DNA of 64,000 bases from a virus (lineage: Duplodnaviria; Heunggongvirae; Uroviricota; Caudoviricetes), in IMG/VR virus record IMGVR_UViG_3300022822_000008; one strand, 5' to 3'. The position numbers were made by a program, and so were the translations under genes. Each line of letters starts with the position of its first letter. Position 1 is the stretch's first letter. Positions 45,484 to 55,104 of the stretch are shown in pieces. Under the pieces are notes generated by a model. It saw only the letters and a program-made list of their open reading frames with translations, made no database searches and was not told the DNA's origin.

Positions 45484-45809
45484 GCAACTTTGCAATAAAA
45501 GACCACACGACTGGAACCTTTTATCAAGGTGGTCGAAGTTTCGACAGCGACATAAGTGGATGTTCTTTGTTTAGCGATGAAATTAATTCTAATGCAAGAA
45601 TTAGAAAATTAGTTAGAGACCATAAAGTGGTTCATTTTCATATTGATGATTATTTAGCATTCAGTAGTAAAGAATTTCAAGATGCAGAACTGGCAGATAT
45701 TCAAAACCTCGCAACTAATGTCAAATTTTACACCGACAAAACTAATTCTGGTAAAGTTGTGACATTGGATTTAGTAACTGTTGAAATAACATTTGTGGTG
45801 AAGTCGTGA
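45480..45809 (+). CDS. Hypothetical protein (paralog of 46208)
   Basis: F.IKD.T..TFY.G.R.F.SDIS...LF. Confidence 0.65.
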   Translation: MSNFAIKDHTTGTFYQGGRSFDSDISGCSLFSDEINSNARIRKLVRDHKVVHFHIDDYLAFSSKEFQDAELADIQNLATNVKFYTDKTNSGKVVTLDLVTVEITFVVKS

Positions 45810-46033
45810 AAAATATTAAAATTGGTGAACTAGAATTGTGGGATAAATGCTTATTTCAGCTGTCGGATTGGCAACCTCACAATTTACATCACGTAAGAAT
45901 AGATTATATAGGCACTAAATATATAGTGATGTATAATTTTGAGCGTGAAGAAGAATATTGCGTTAGTATCGAGCCGTACGAATGTCTTGAAAATAAAAGA
46001 TATCCAATGTTTTATGTTAGCGAGGAATTATAA
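45806..46033 (+). CDS. Hypothetical protein
   Basis: 75 aa ORF, overlapping stop/start. Confidence 0.55.
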   Translation: MKNIKIGELELWDKCLFQLSDWQPHNLHHVRIDYIGTKYIVMYNFEREEEYCVSIEPYECLENKRYPMFYVSEEL

Positions 46034-46207
46034 TATCAAAATTATATATAAACCATTGCCGTTTAGAGATGGCAATACAATAGAAAGAATCTATGAAGAA
46101 CTTTTTATAGCCAGAGGTGGTTACGAAGCAATGACTACGTATGCTGATTATAGAGATAAGAAAAATAGACTTGTTAAGGGTTTTGTACTTTACATAAAGT
46201 GGAGAAA

Positions 46208-46489
46208 ATGACAATGAGTAATAAATTCGTGATAAAGGATACAACATCAGATACCTTTTATGTTGGGGTTAGAGAATTCAAAAGCGATATCTCAGAATCT
46301 ACATTATTTAAACTGAAAACTAGCGCAGAAAGAATAATGAAAGGTATCTATGCCGATTACATAAACATCATGCATGTAATTGATGGCTGCGAAGTTATTG
46401 GTGATGGGGAATATGGAATGCAGGTAAAAGGACATGTATTCGATCTTGAAGTAGTGGAAGTTTCGATCCAACCGGTAAATAATAGTTGA
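46208..46489 (+). CDS. Hypothetical protein (paralog of 45480)
   Basis: FVIKDTTSDTFYVGVREFKSDISESTLF; GGAG SD. Confidence 0.65.
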   Translation: MTMSNKFVIKDTTSDTFYVGVREFKSDISESTLFKLKTSAERIMKGIYADYINIMHVIDGCEVIGDGEYGMQVKGHVFDLEVVEVSIQPVNNS

Positions 46490-46513
46490 CTATATCTCAA
46501 ATATTGTTATAAT
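46486..46513 (+). promoter_or_regulatory. Sigma70-type promoter for topoisomerase
   Basis: TTGACT-16-TATAAT. Confidence 0.75.
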
Positions 46514-46543
46514 AGTTGCATAAAATAAATAAAGGAAATATAA

Positions 46544-48382
46544 ATGACTAAAAAATCTGAGGAATTCAGAATCCTAACCGCTCGACAACATGTACGAGAA
46601 AGAATTGGGATGTATATGGGTTCAAGCGCAAAAGAAGAAGTTGAACGATTCATACTAGGTAATTGGGTCAAAGCAACTTATGTTCCTGCTTTGTCTAAAA
46701 TGGTAGATGAAATATTAGACAACTCTATTGATGAAGCAATTCGAACAAACTTCAAACATGCTAATAAAATTGGTGTATCGATTGAAGGTAATGAAATCAC
46801 AATATTTGATAACGGTCGTGGTATACCACATGATGAAGTCTTCGACGAAACTCTGGGAAAAAATATTAAACGACCTGTTGCTGCCTGGACTAAAGTGAAT
46901 GCCGGTACTTCATTCGATGACGAAAGAGTTACCATCGGGACAAATGGTGTGGGGTCAGCGGCAACAAACTTCCTTTCAGCAAATTTCACAGGAAAAACGT
47001 GGTCTAATGGAAAATTGCTTACCGTTACCTGTTCAGTCGGCGCGGAACGCATCGAGGTAAAAGAATCCAAAAAGGCAGGTAATGGTACAGAAGTTTCATT
47101 CATTGCGGATTTTGACTTATTTGAAGTTGACAACTTGCAAGATTTAGACACAATTGCTTTAATTGAAGATCGACTAATAAGTTTGCAAATGGCTTTTCCT
47201 GAAATTAACTTTTCATTCAACGGGAACAATATTCGCATTAATGATCTTAAAAAATATTCCGCAATGTACGGCGAGAATTGCATTATTGAAAAATCGAATA
47301 ACTTATCTTTTTTCTTCGGTCCTTCCGATGATGGTTTCAGAACAACGTCATATATAAATGGAGTGAACACAAGACAAGGTGGGTCATATGTCGATTACAT
47401 TGTTAACGGAGTTGTTGAAGAACTAATCGTCTTGATTAAACGAAAACATAAAATCGAAGTTGTGAAAGCAACAATTAAGAGTGGTTTAACTTTTGTTTTG
47501 TTTGCTCGAAATTTCGTAAATCCAAAATTTGATAGTCAAACAAAAGAGCGCTTAACAAATCCACACAGTAATGTCAAGACACATTTCGAAGATGCTGACA
47601 CAAAGGAATTAAACTTCTTTGCTAAAAAAATAATGACGACACCAGAAATTATAGATCCCATTATCGAAGCGCAACTTGCGAAAAAACTTGCTGCCGACAA
47701 ACGTGCTGCAAATGCTGCTCAGAAAAAACTTCGTAAAGTTAAAGTTGCGAAACATATATCGGCCAATCGTCCTGACGCTACCTTGAAAATTGTTGAGGGT
47801 GACTCCGCAATGGGATTTCTATTGAAAGTGCGTGATCCTGATAAGGTTGGTGCCTTTCCGCTTCGTGGTGTTATCATGAATACTTGGGATATGAAACCTG
47901 CTGACGTGCTGAAAAATAAAGAACTTGGTGAATTGGTTGCCGTATTGAATCTTGACATAAACGACCCAGAAAGCGTTAGTGATATGTCGTATAAACATAT
48001 TGCAATATTGACCGACGCTGACCATGATGGCATTGGACATATATCGCCATTATTAATGGCATTCTTTTACAAATTCTGGCCACGATTGTTAACAGAACAT
48101 AGAGTTAAAATTACCCGCACGCCGATAATGATATCAACATTAAAAGATGATGTTAAATGGTTCTACACCTATGAAGATGCTAGTAAATTTAAAGCTACGG
48201 AATCCAGATATTATCACAGATACATAAAGGGTCTTGGATCTCTAACCGAAGCCGAATATTATAAAATAGTGAATGAACCAGTTTATGATACTGTTCATGT
48301 GGATGATGCTGAAATTTTTCAAATGATGTTTGGTAATGATAGTACCCCACGCAAACAATTTATGCTTGGTGATAACATATGA
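46544..48382 (+). CDS. 39: DNA topoisomerase II large subunit (gp39+gp60 fused)
   Basis: EILDNSIDE, DNGRGIP, GTNGVGS, VEGDSA, PLRG, TDADHDG.GHI, YIKGLGS. Confidence 0.96.
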   Translation: MTKKSEEFRILTARQHVRERIGMYMGSSAKEEVERFILGNWVKATYVPALSKMVDEILDNSIDEAIRTNFKHANKIGVSIEGNEITIFDNGRGIPHDEVFDETLGKNIKRPVAAWTKVNAGTSFDDERVTIGTNGVGSAATNFLSANFTGKTWSNGKLLTVTCSVGAERIEVKESKKAGNGTEVSFIADFDLFEVDNLQDLDTIALIEDRLISLQMAFPEINFSFNGNNIRINDLKKYSAMYGENCIIEKSNNLSFFFGPSDDGFRTTSYINGVNTRQGGSYVDYIVNGVVEELIVLIKRKHKIEVVKATIKSGLTFVLFARNFVNPKFDSQTKERLTNPHSNVKTHFEDADTKELNFFAKKIMTTPEIIDPIIEAQLAKKLAADKRAANAAQKKLRKVKVAKHISANRPDATLKIVEGDSAMGFLLKVRDPDKVGAFPLRGVIMNTWDMKPADVLKNKELGELVAVLNLDINDPESVSDMSYKHIAILTDADHDGIGHISPLLMAFFYKFWPRLLTEHRVKITRTPIMISTLKDDVKWFYTYEDASKFKATESRYYHRYIKGLGSLTEAEYYKIVNEPVYDTVHVDDAEIFQMMFGNDSTPRKQFMLGDNI

Positions 48383-48600
48383 AAACATTTATTTTGACTA
48401 AACACGCTCTTCAGCGCTGGAATGAGAGATTTAAAAGCAAAGATTTTGATTTCACAGTTGAAGGTATGATAAAATTCGCCAACAAAAACGGGCAAGACTA
48501 TTATCATAATAACGGAGTTACTTTTATAGCTAAAAAGAATATTGTAATAACGATTCTGGAAAGAACTCCAAAACATGTATTTTTTAGGGGCATGAAATGA
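48379..48600 (+). CDS. Hypothetical protein
   Basis: LTKHALQRWNER motif, ATGA overlap. Confidence 0.55.
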   Translation: MKTFILTKHALQRWNERFKSKDFDFTVEGMIKFANKNGQDYYHNNGVTFIAKKNIVITILERTPKHVFFRGMK

Positions 48601-48782
48601 GATCGATGAGACCTACTACAGACAGACCACCAACCCTTTTTTATCTAGATTATTATGATAAATCAAATGAAGCGTTTGAAATGGGTCTCATCAAATACGA
48701 ACAGATTGAAGCGTATGCTTGGAACTTATTAGAGGCAGATAAAAAAAGAATTAAAGAGGAAGCAGAAAATGAAGATAGATAA
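48597..48782 (+). CDS. Hypothetical protein
   Basis: 61 aa ORF, ATGA overlap. Confidence 0.5.
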   Translation: MRSMRPTTDRPPTLFYLDYYDKSNEAFEMGLIKYEQIEAYAWNLLEADKKRIKEEAENEDR

Positions 48783-48937
48783 TTATAATACGATAAGCGT
48801 TGTGTTAAATAATCATGAAGCTTGGATGCTTAATGAGGTGATTAGAAAAGGTATTGAGTTTTACAAAAGTCATTTGGATGTGGCACTTGTAACCTTCGGT
48901 GAAAAAGTTAGTGATGATATATTGAGTCATATAAAAG

Positions 48938-49156
48938 ATGATTGATTATAAAGCTGAATATGAGAAACTAAACGAAATGATCGAAGACCTATTCATTTAT
49001 GCTTATGCGGCAAAAGACAATGAATACCCAGGTCTTCTCGATGAACTTATTGAGCTGGAAAGATGTACAAGCTTGTTTTCTAGAAATGATTTTGACTTAG
49101 ACGAAATAGATTTGCATTATACTTCAGATGATGTTATAGTATCTACATCGAATTAA
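48938..49156 (+). CDS. Hypothetical protein
   Basis: 72 aa ORF. Confidence 0.5.
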   Translation: MIDYKAEYEKLNEMIEDLFIYAYAAKDNEYPGLLDELIELERCTSLFSRNDFDLDEIDLHYTSDDVIVSTSN

Positions 49157-49170
49157 CAAGAAATTTAATT

Positions 49171-49542
49171 ATGAATGATATAGAAACGTTAATGATTGCT
49201 CCAGAAGGTTCAACACATCACTATCACTGTTCTGTAATAGAAGATTTATTCATCAAAATAAATTCAAAAACCACAGAAATTTGGGATGCCGAAGAACAAC
49301 TATGGGAACTGAGTGATTTCAGCGATTTGTATTGGTGTGAAGACTTCCGTTCTCTTGCAGATATTGAGCGAATAGTTGACCTCGAGGAAGAAGTTAAAGA
49401 AATAAAAACTTCAAAGGCTATGTTAAATCTAAGCAGACATGAAGTTATAGTGAATAAACAAAAAACGATAGATTCCTTATTAAAAGAATTGACAAGATGT
49501 AAAAATTTATTAGGTAAAAAAGACGATGAAGACAATATATGA
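49171..49542 (+). CDS. Hypothetical phage protein
   Basis: APEGSTH motif. Confidence 0.6.
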   Translation: MNDIETLMIAPEGSTHHYHCSVIEDLFIKINSKTTEIWDAEEQLWELSDFSDLYWCEDFRSLADIERIVDLEEEVKEIKTSKAMLNLSRHEVIVNKQKTIDSLLKELTRCKNLLGKKDDEDNI

Positions 49543-49698
49543 AAAGTCGTTAATAGAACTAGATGAATTGTTTAGTGCTATGTCTGACGAAGAATTTGAA
49601 AAAGAATATTTAGACCTTGAAACTGGTTACGGCACGACCTGTGAAGATTTTTTGAAAACTGGCCAGATGGCAGATCCAAATACAAAAGGTATAAAATA

Positions 49699-50001
49699 AT
49701 GAATTATTGGGAATGGAAAGGCACTCAAATTGAAAGCAAGTTAATGACCGAAAATAAGAAATTAAAGAAAGAAAACAAAGAATTAAAATGCAAAACTGAA
49801 GAAGCGTTCTTCGATGAACTTACAACCTATCAAAAAACACTTGCAATGTCTTTAGATAATGCTGTGGAAAACGAAGCTGAAATGAGAAGAAGATTACAAA
49901 AGTGTGATGAACGTTTGGTTGAAGCTCTTAATGAAATTAAAGAACTACGGGCTGTAATTAAAATAATGAAAAATTTCTCCAAATGTTGGAAACCCGTTTG
50001 A
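49699..50001 (+). CDS. Coiled-coil hypothetical protein
   Basis: 100 aa, heptad pattern. Confidence 0.55.
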   Translation: MNYWEWKGTQIESKLMTENKKLKKENKELKCKTEEAFFDELTTYQKTLAMSLDNAVENEAEMRRRLQKCDERLVEALNEIKELRAVIKIMKNFSKCWKPV

Positions 50002-50037
50002 AGGACTACCTAACGCTCCTGATGATCTTAACGGTTA

Positions 50038-50382
50038 TTGCAATCCTCTTACTGGAGAAAAAACATGAGATATGAAGAAATACTTAAATTGAAAGTTGAA
50101 GATCATGACATGGATATTAGACAATATCTTGGGACTCTTTTACTTACTTTATGGTCCGAAGGTGAATCATTCAGTGGTAAAAGTCCATTTGGTGATAGCG
50201 GTTGGGAATGGGATCTTTATACTCCTCTCGTCAAGAACGGTTTTGTTACAGGTACTTTTGATAATGATGGTGATATTGAAGATTTTTCAATGTACGAAGC
50301 GGATAGCCTTGTTTCGAATTTAATTAGGTATATATTTTTACCAAATCATGTAATAGAGGAACACAAACCTGATGAAAGCTAA
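50038..50382 (+). CDS. Hypothetical phage protein
   Basis: LW.EGESFSGKSPFGDSGWEWDLY..LV..G; real start probably MRYEE. Confidence 0.6.
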   Translation: MQSSYWRKNMRYEEILKLKVEDHDMDIRQYLGTLLLTLWSEGESFSGKSPFGDSGWEWDLYTPLVKNGFVTGTFDNDGDIEDFSMYEADSLVSNLIRYIFLPNHVIEEHKPDES

Positions 50383-50572
50383 AAAGCATATAGGTTTAGA
50401 AATTAATAATGAATATGTTGAGGAAATTGAAGATCAATTAAATAAAATTAAAAGTATAGTTGCACTTGCGGAGCGCTGGTCAATGGACCAAGAAAACGGA
50501 CTGACACCCAGCTCAATCTGCGTTGCTGCTTTAAAAGATATCCGGATGATAACAAAGGAAACAAAGAAATGA
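50372..50572 (+). CDS. Hypothetical protein
   Basis: 66 aa ORF. Confidence 0.5.
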   Translation: MKAKKHIGLEINNEYVEEIEDQLNKIKSIVALAERWSMDQENGLTPSSICVAALKDIRMITKETKK

Positions 50573-50660
50573 ACAAATTGAAAGAAATAGGAAAGTGGAT
50601 ACGAGACGGAAATGCAATTGAATTTGCTTTTTTGGTTGTATTAATATTGATGGTGTTCCT

Positions 50661-51134
50661 ATGAGCCATCATTCGCCTAATAATATTTTGAAAAGTCACG
50701 TTGAAGGTAACGAGGCCACATATTATAAGAAAGAACTATCTGCAATGGAGATTCGGTTCAACAAACAATGGCATGAAATGGGAACACTGGTAGGAGAAAA
50801 TGCTTCACTTAGATTAAAACTAAATGAAAAGCAATCACAAATTTCAGAGGTTACTTATTTGAATCATTGTCTAGCTGAAGAATGCGGCGAAGTTACTCAA
50901 GTTCTTGGAAAAATAGGTCGTTTTGGATTATACGATACTCCAAATGCAGATCAGGAAAATAACTTTATCAGATTGCGCTCAGAAATGCAGGACATTGTGG
51001 CCGTTTATGAAATGTTTTGTTCTGCAATTGGCGAATCGCCCGAGTTATCTGAAAAAGGTATACATGACAAAAAAGTAAGAGTGCAGAAATATATGCGGTA
51101 CTCTCAAGAACAAGGAATTTTACCAAATGAATGA
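50661..51134 (+). CDS. MazG-like all-alpha NTP pyrophosphohydrolase with N-terminal coiled coil
   Basis: LAEECGEV.Q..GK..RFG and L.SEMQDI.AV. Confidence 0.6.
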   Translation: MSHHSPNNILKSHVEGNEATYYKKELSAMEIRFNKQWHEMGTLVGENASLRLKLNEKQSQISEVTYLNHCLAEECGEVTQVLGKIGRFGLYDTPNADQENNFIRLRSEMQDIVAVYEMFCSAIGESPELSEKGIHDKKVRVQKYMRYSQEQGILPNE

Positions 51135-51336
51135 TTATTGTTATTTAGTATCCTACGTTGGTTATAAAGGCGTAGAGTTTGTTACTGCATCCGACAATAT
51201 GTATTTTGATTGTGAGTGGACTCCAGCTCATTTGTTTGCATTTAAAGATCATATGATGAAAAAAGAAGGTTGGGATTCTGTTGCATTAACCTTTGTTATG
51301 TATGTAGGTCGTTATTCAAAGGTTAAACATGGGTAA
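51127..51336 (+). CDS. Hypothetical protein
   Basis: 69 aa ORF. Confidence 0.5.
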   Translation: MNDYCYLVSYVGYKGVEFVTASDNMYFDCEWTPAHLFAFKDHMMKKEGWDSVALTFVMYVGRYSKVKHG

Positions 51337-51604
51337 CTATCATAACCTGAATAATTGCTACAAATGTGGTGGCGCAAATTACGTTCAAATAATCGCTACT
51401 GATGGAAGTCATATTGCTGAATGTGAAACAGTATGTTCCAAGTGTAATTTTGAGTCATTCTGGGCGTACGGTTATTTCAATATCGAACCTAGCGAAAGCG
51501 AACAAGAAGAAATTGATAAATACAATCTCGATAAATCAGAACAACGTTTAGACTCTGATGATATTAATATGCTCGACAATAACTTATGGGATATCTTCAA
51601 TTAA
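51329..51604 (+). CDS. Zn-finger hypothetical protein
   Basis: CYKCGG...CSKCN, WAYGYF. Confidence 0.55.
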   Translation: MGNYHNLNNCYKCGGANYVQIIATDGSHIAECETVCSKCNFESFWAYGYFNIEPSESEQEEIDKYNLDKSEQRLDSDDINMLDNNLWDIFN

Positions 51605-51607
51605 TGG

Positions 51608-51635
51608 TTGACTATGTCATGAAATTTGTTATAAT
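51608..51635 (+). promoter_or_regulatory. Sigma70-type promoter for gene 52
   Basis: TTGACT-16-TATAAT. Confidence 0.75.
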
Positions 51636-51664
51636 GGTTGCATGAATTAAATAAAGGGATACAA

Positions 51665-53029
51665 ATGGATATAACTAATTTCACCTCCGACGAACCAGTA
51701 ACTGCTAATGAAACGCTAAGCGATAGATATAACATATCCGATGTTGCATCAAACGAATGGAAAGCGTTCGCTATGTACACTGTGGAGGCGCGTGCTATAC
51801 CCAACATGATTGACGGATTAAAACCAGTTCAAAGGTTCTATCTATACAGTTCAATTATAAATTCAAAGAAAGATTTCAAAAAGGTTTCCGCTGTATCGGG
51901 CATAATATCTGATTACGGTTACAATCACGGTGAAACTTCTGCCGCTGGTGCTGGCACATTAATGGCCGCTCAATGGAATAACAACGTTTGTTTAATTGAA
52001 GGTAGAGGTTCATTTGGAACAAGACTTATCCAAGAAGCTGGTGCCGCGCGTTATGTTTATACTCGATTGCATGAAAATTTCAATACGTTTATTAAAGATA
52101 TTGAATTATCACCTGTGCATGAGGATCCGGAACATGAACCGCCTATTTTTTACCTACCGACTATACCTCTGGTTTTAATTAATGGAACAAAGGGTATTGC
52201 AACAGGATTTGCTACTAATATTTTACCGCGTTGTCCCAAGGATATAATCAAGGCTTGTAACGAATATATCACAAAGGGTAAGATAACAAAACAACCTCAA
52301 ATAAAATTTCCAGATTTTAAGGGTGTTGTTAAATATGAGGAAGCGGAAAACAGACACTACATAACTGGAATTTTCGAACGCAAGGGTAGAACTGGTTTAA
52401 CGATTACTGAGGTTCCTTACGGATTTGATCGTGAGGGTTATGTTAAGGTTCTTGACAAATTAGAAGAAGATGGAGACATAGTTTCTTATGATGATCTTTG
52501 CGACAAAAGCGGATTCAAATTCGACATTAAATTGAAACAACAAATATCTGCCAAGTGGACAAACGAGGTTATTACAAAGAAATTCAAACTCGTAAAACCA
52601 ATGACCGAGAATTTAACTGTCATTGATTACGAAGGTAAATTGCGTGAATATAATGATGCAAGAAAAATTGTTGCTGATTTTTGTGATTATAAATTGGGTA
52701 CCTTACAAAAACGAATCGACTTAAACATATCACAATTATCAGAAAATGATCGTTGGTTGCAAGTTAAATATCAATTTATCAATGCAGTTATTGATGATAA
52801 TATTATATTCAAAAATAAAAACAAGAAACAGGTTACTGCGCAAACGTTGGCAAATACTGACGCAACAAAAGAAGATGTTGATCGTTTATTGCGTATTAAT
52901 ATTATGAGTTTGACTTCTGAAATGGTTACCGAATTAAAGAAACAACAAGTTGCCGCAAAGACCGAGTTGAAATTTTGGAATTCAACAACCACAAAAGAAC
53001 AATTCTTATCAGATCTTAATAAGCTATAG
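51665..53029 (+). CDS. 52: DNA topoisomerase II medium subunit gp52
   Basis: RAIPNMIDGLKPVQR, YNHGE, GAARYVY (catalytic Tyr), NGTKGIATGFAT. Confidence 0.95.
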   Translation: MDITNFTSDEPVTANETLSDRYNISDVASNEWKAFAMYTVEARAIPNMIDGLKPVQRFYLYSSIINSKKDFKKVSAVSGIISDYGYNHGETSAAGAGTLMAAQWNNNVCLIEGRGSFGTRLIQEAGAARYVYTRLHENFNTFIKDIELSPVHEDPEHEPPIFYLPTIPLVLINGTKGIATGFATNILPRCPKDIIKACNEYITKGKITKQPQIKFPDFKGVVKYEEAENRHYITGIFERKGRTGLTITEVPYGFDREGYVKVLDKLEEDGDIVSYDDLCDKSGFKFDIKLKQQISAKWTNEVITKKFKLVKPMTENLTVIDYEGKLREYNDARKIVADFCDYKLGTLQKRIDLNISQLSENDRWLQVKYQFINAVIDDNIIFKNKNKKQVTAQTLANTDATKEDVDRLLRINIMSLTSEMVTELKKQQVAAKTELKFWNSTTTKEQFLSDLNKL

Positions 53030-53237
53030 AGACTAACAAAGCAGATATTAATGTTTCTGCTAATTGCCTATCTTTATCGTGTGACAATTTTGAATCTACC
53101 AATTTCATACTTGTCACACTTTCAATAGCATCTTCATATTCGCTCATTGTTATTTCGCCGATTGTGTATTTTGTGTTTAAGTCTTCTATTGATTCGGTGA
53201 TGTCATCAATAATCTCACAAACTTTTTCTACGGTCAT
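53016..53237 (-). CDS. Hypothetical acidic protein
   Basis: 73 aa lone minus-strand ORF with AGAGGA SD. Confidence 0.5.
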   Translation of the reverse strand: MTVEKVCEIIDDITESIEDLNTKYTIGEITMSEYEDAIESVTSMKLVDSKLSHDKDRQLAETLISALLVSIAY

Positions 53238-53262
53238 TCTATGTTCCTCTGATGTTTTCCGA

Positions 53263-53270
53263 TATAAATA
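53263..53270 (+). promoter_or_regulatory. Late promoter TATAAATA
   Basis: Exact consensus upstream of gene 3. Confidence 0.75.
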
Positions 53271-53296
53271 GTATATTCAATACAGGAAAAACTAAT

Positions 53297-53785
53297 ATGA
53301 TTAACAACTATTTATCGACTGGCGGTTTTACGGTCTCAATAAAACGTCTGCCCGAGGTGGAATTTTTTATACAAAAAGCTACATTACCAGGTCTTGGATC
53401 CAATCCTATAACATTGCAATCTCCTCCTAATTCATATTTCGAACCAGGTGATGAATTAGGCTATGAAGAAATGACGATGCAATTTGTTATAAACGAGAAC
53501 ATGTTAAATTACATATCGGTTCATGATTGGCTTGTCGGTATAACAGCACCGCAAAGTACAGATCAATATAAGGCAATTAAAAATAGTAAATATGGTATTA
53601 AGTCGGACATTACCTTAATCATTTTAAACAGCAGTAAAAATCCTGTGGTAAGGGTTACATATTATGATTGTTTTCCTACGAGTCTGGAATCAGTTGAAAT
53701 GGATACCAACAATTCCGATATTGTATATGCAATTGCTTCAGCAAATTTTAAATATAATTACTACACAATTGAAAAGATTGTTTGA
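53297..53785 (+). CDS. 3: Tail tube terminator / tail completion protein gp3
   Basis: NYLSTGGF..SIKRLP.VEFF.Q...LPG, F..NE...NY..VHDW, F.DCFPTSL. Confidence 0.8.
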   Translation: MINNYLSTGGFTVSIKRLPEVEFFIQKATLPGLGSNPITLQSPPNSYFEPGDELGYEEMTMQFVINENMLNYISVHDWLVGITAPQSTDQYKAIKNSKYGIKSDITLIILNSSKNPVVRVTYYDCFPTSLESVEMDTNNSDIVYAIASANFKYNYYTIEKIV

Positions 53786-53809
53786 CATTTAATTAGATTA
53801 ATGTATAAT
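53782..53809 (+). promoter_or_regulatory. Sigma70-type promoter for uvsY
   Basis: TTGACA-16-TATAAT. Confidence 0.7.
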
Positions 53810-53838
53810 AGATGATGGATTAGTTATTGGAGTATATA

Positions 53839-54276
53839 ATGAGTGTGGAAGATATAAGTGAACTGTGGGCAAAAGATGCGCCAATCGATGAGACCAATTT
53901 AATGTCAGCTTCGCGTGATATACCCAAACTTCATAGTAAGTATTACAACCTTTATTTTAAAGAAGTATTAAGAGTTAAAAAACTTCGATATGACTACAAA
54001 GAACTTGAGGTATTGAAACATGAATATTTCAGTGGATCTTTAGATGAAGCAGAGTTGAAAAGGCAAGGGTGGCGTCCGTTTACTCTTAAAGTATTGCGCG
54101 GTGATATGGATCGCTATATTCAATCAGATAAAGATATAATCAATCTTAGTCTTAAAATCGATTATCATACCGAACGTGCTAACTTTTTGGAAAGTATAGT
54201 AAAAACGATACACAGTAGGAATTTTATCATCAAAAATATGGTGGATATTCTTAAATTCCAAGCCGGAGAATATTAA
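53839..54276 (+). CDS. uvsY: Recombination mediator UvsY
   Basis: W.KDA.IDE, IPKLHSKY, YIQSD.DI, R.F.IKN..D..KF.AG. Confidence 0.88.
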   Translation: MSVEDISELWAKDAPIDETNLMSASRDIPKLHSKYYNLYFKEVLRVKKLRYDYKELEVLKHEYFSGSLDEAELKRQGWRPFTLKVLRGDMDRYIQSDKDIINLSLKIDYHTERANFLESIVKTIHSRNFIIKNMVDILKFQAGEY

Positions 54277-54278
54277 TT

Positions 54279-54512
54279 ATGAAAAATAGTAAAGAAAAGC
54301 AATTGATAAGATTACTAAGACGTAATAAGAGAGATTTAGAATGGCAGGTAATAGAACTGAAAGGTGAGATATTATATAAATCTTTAAATACTATGTTTTA
54401 TTCAAAGGTTGATGTAATCAAAGAAATGCGCGATACACTTTTTACTGATGATAAGAAAGAACTCAATCTTAACGAAATGGAAGATTACATTTATAAATTA
54501 AAGAGGAACTGA
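54279..54512 (+). CDS. Hypothetical protein
   Basis: 77 aa ORF. Confidence 0.5.
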   Translation: MKNSKEKQLIRLLRRNKRDLEWQVIELKGEILYKSLNTMFYSKVDVIKEMRDTLFTDDKKELNLNEMEDYIYKLKRN

Positions 54513-54817
54513 TGCTAAAAATTTACGTGAAGAAATCAATAAAGGTACCAGCAATCGAATGGACAGGTGATAATCTATTTGAGATAATCACATTTACACA
54601 AGGAAAACCAAACATTGTGAGCCCGATTGCAGCTGATGCATGGCATACCTACACATTGATTGTCCAAAATCAAGGCCTTAAAATATCAACTCTAGAAGGT
54701 GAAATGTCAGCTGACATTGGAGATTTCATAATCAAAGGTGTGAAGGGTGAATTTTATCCTTGCAAACCAGATATTTTTGCACTGACTTATTATGAGGTTG
54801 AAGATAATGTTTTATAA
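54512..54817 (+). CDS. Conserved phage hypothetical protein
   Basis: KK..V.AIEWTG, TLEGEM.A..GD.IIKGV.GEFYPCKPDIF..TY. Confidence 0.7.
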   Translation: MLKIYVKKSIKVPAIEWTGDNLFEIITFTQGKPNIVSPIAADAWHTYTLIVQNQGLKISTLEGEMSADIGDFIIKGVKGEFYPCKPDIFALTYYEVEDNVL

Positions 54818-55043
54818 ATTCTTTCATAAACATTTTGGGTGGCATTATATTTCGATGGATTATGAGCATCTTAGTGGGTGTCATATGCTTAAAAGAGTGT
54901 ATATGGCTCCTAATGGAAATTGTTATATAATCCGAAATGGTTACCACGTACATTTTGAAGACTGGAAAAAATGGAAACCAATGACTTGGAAAAATAGTAA
55001 TGAAAATCCATTTGAGGCGCGTGATAATTGTATACACTGGTGA
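54792..55043 (+). CDS. Hypothetical protein
   Basis: 83 aa ORF, likely start MFYKFF. Confidence 0.45.
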   Translation: MRLKIMFYKFFHKHFGWHYISMDYEHLSGCHMLKRVYMAPNGNCYIIRNGYHVHFEDWKKWKPMTWKNSNENPFEARDNCIHW

Positions 55044-55063
55044 ATAACTAGTTAGGTATTTTG

Positions 55064-55071
55064 TATAAATA
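55064..55071 (+). promoter_or_regulatory. Late promoter TATAAATA for uvsW
   Basis: Exact consensus, flanked by a 25 nt direct repeat. Confidence 0.75.
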
Positions 55072-55104
55072 GGTGTATGATAATTATATACACTGGTGAA
55101 TACA

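Noticed and set aside
46678-47370. 230 aa minus-strand ORF and many similar opposite-strand ORFs (e.g. 55665-56201, 4968-5282, 25320-25676)
   Set aside because: Shadow frames of well-supported genes, with no SD or motifs.
46544-48382. Fused gp39/gp60 topoisomerase subunit
   Set aside because: The fused form is the normal state in most T4-like phages; the T4 split is the exception.
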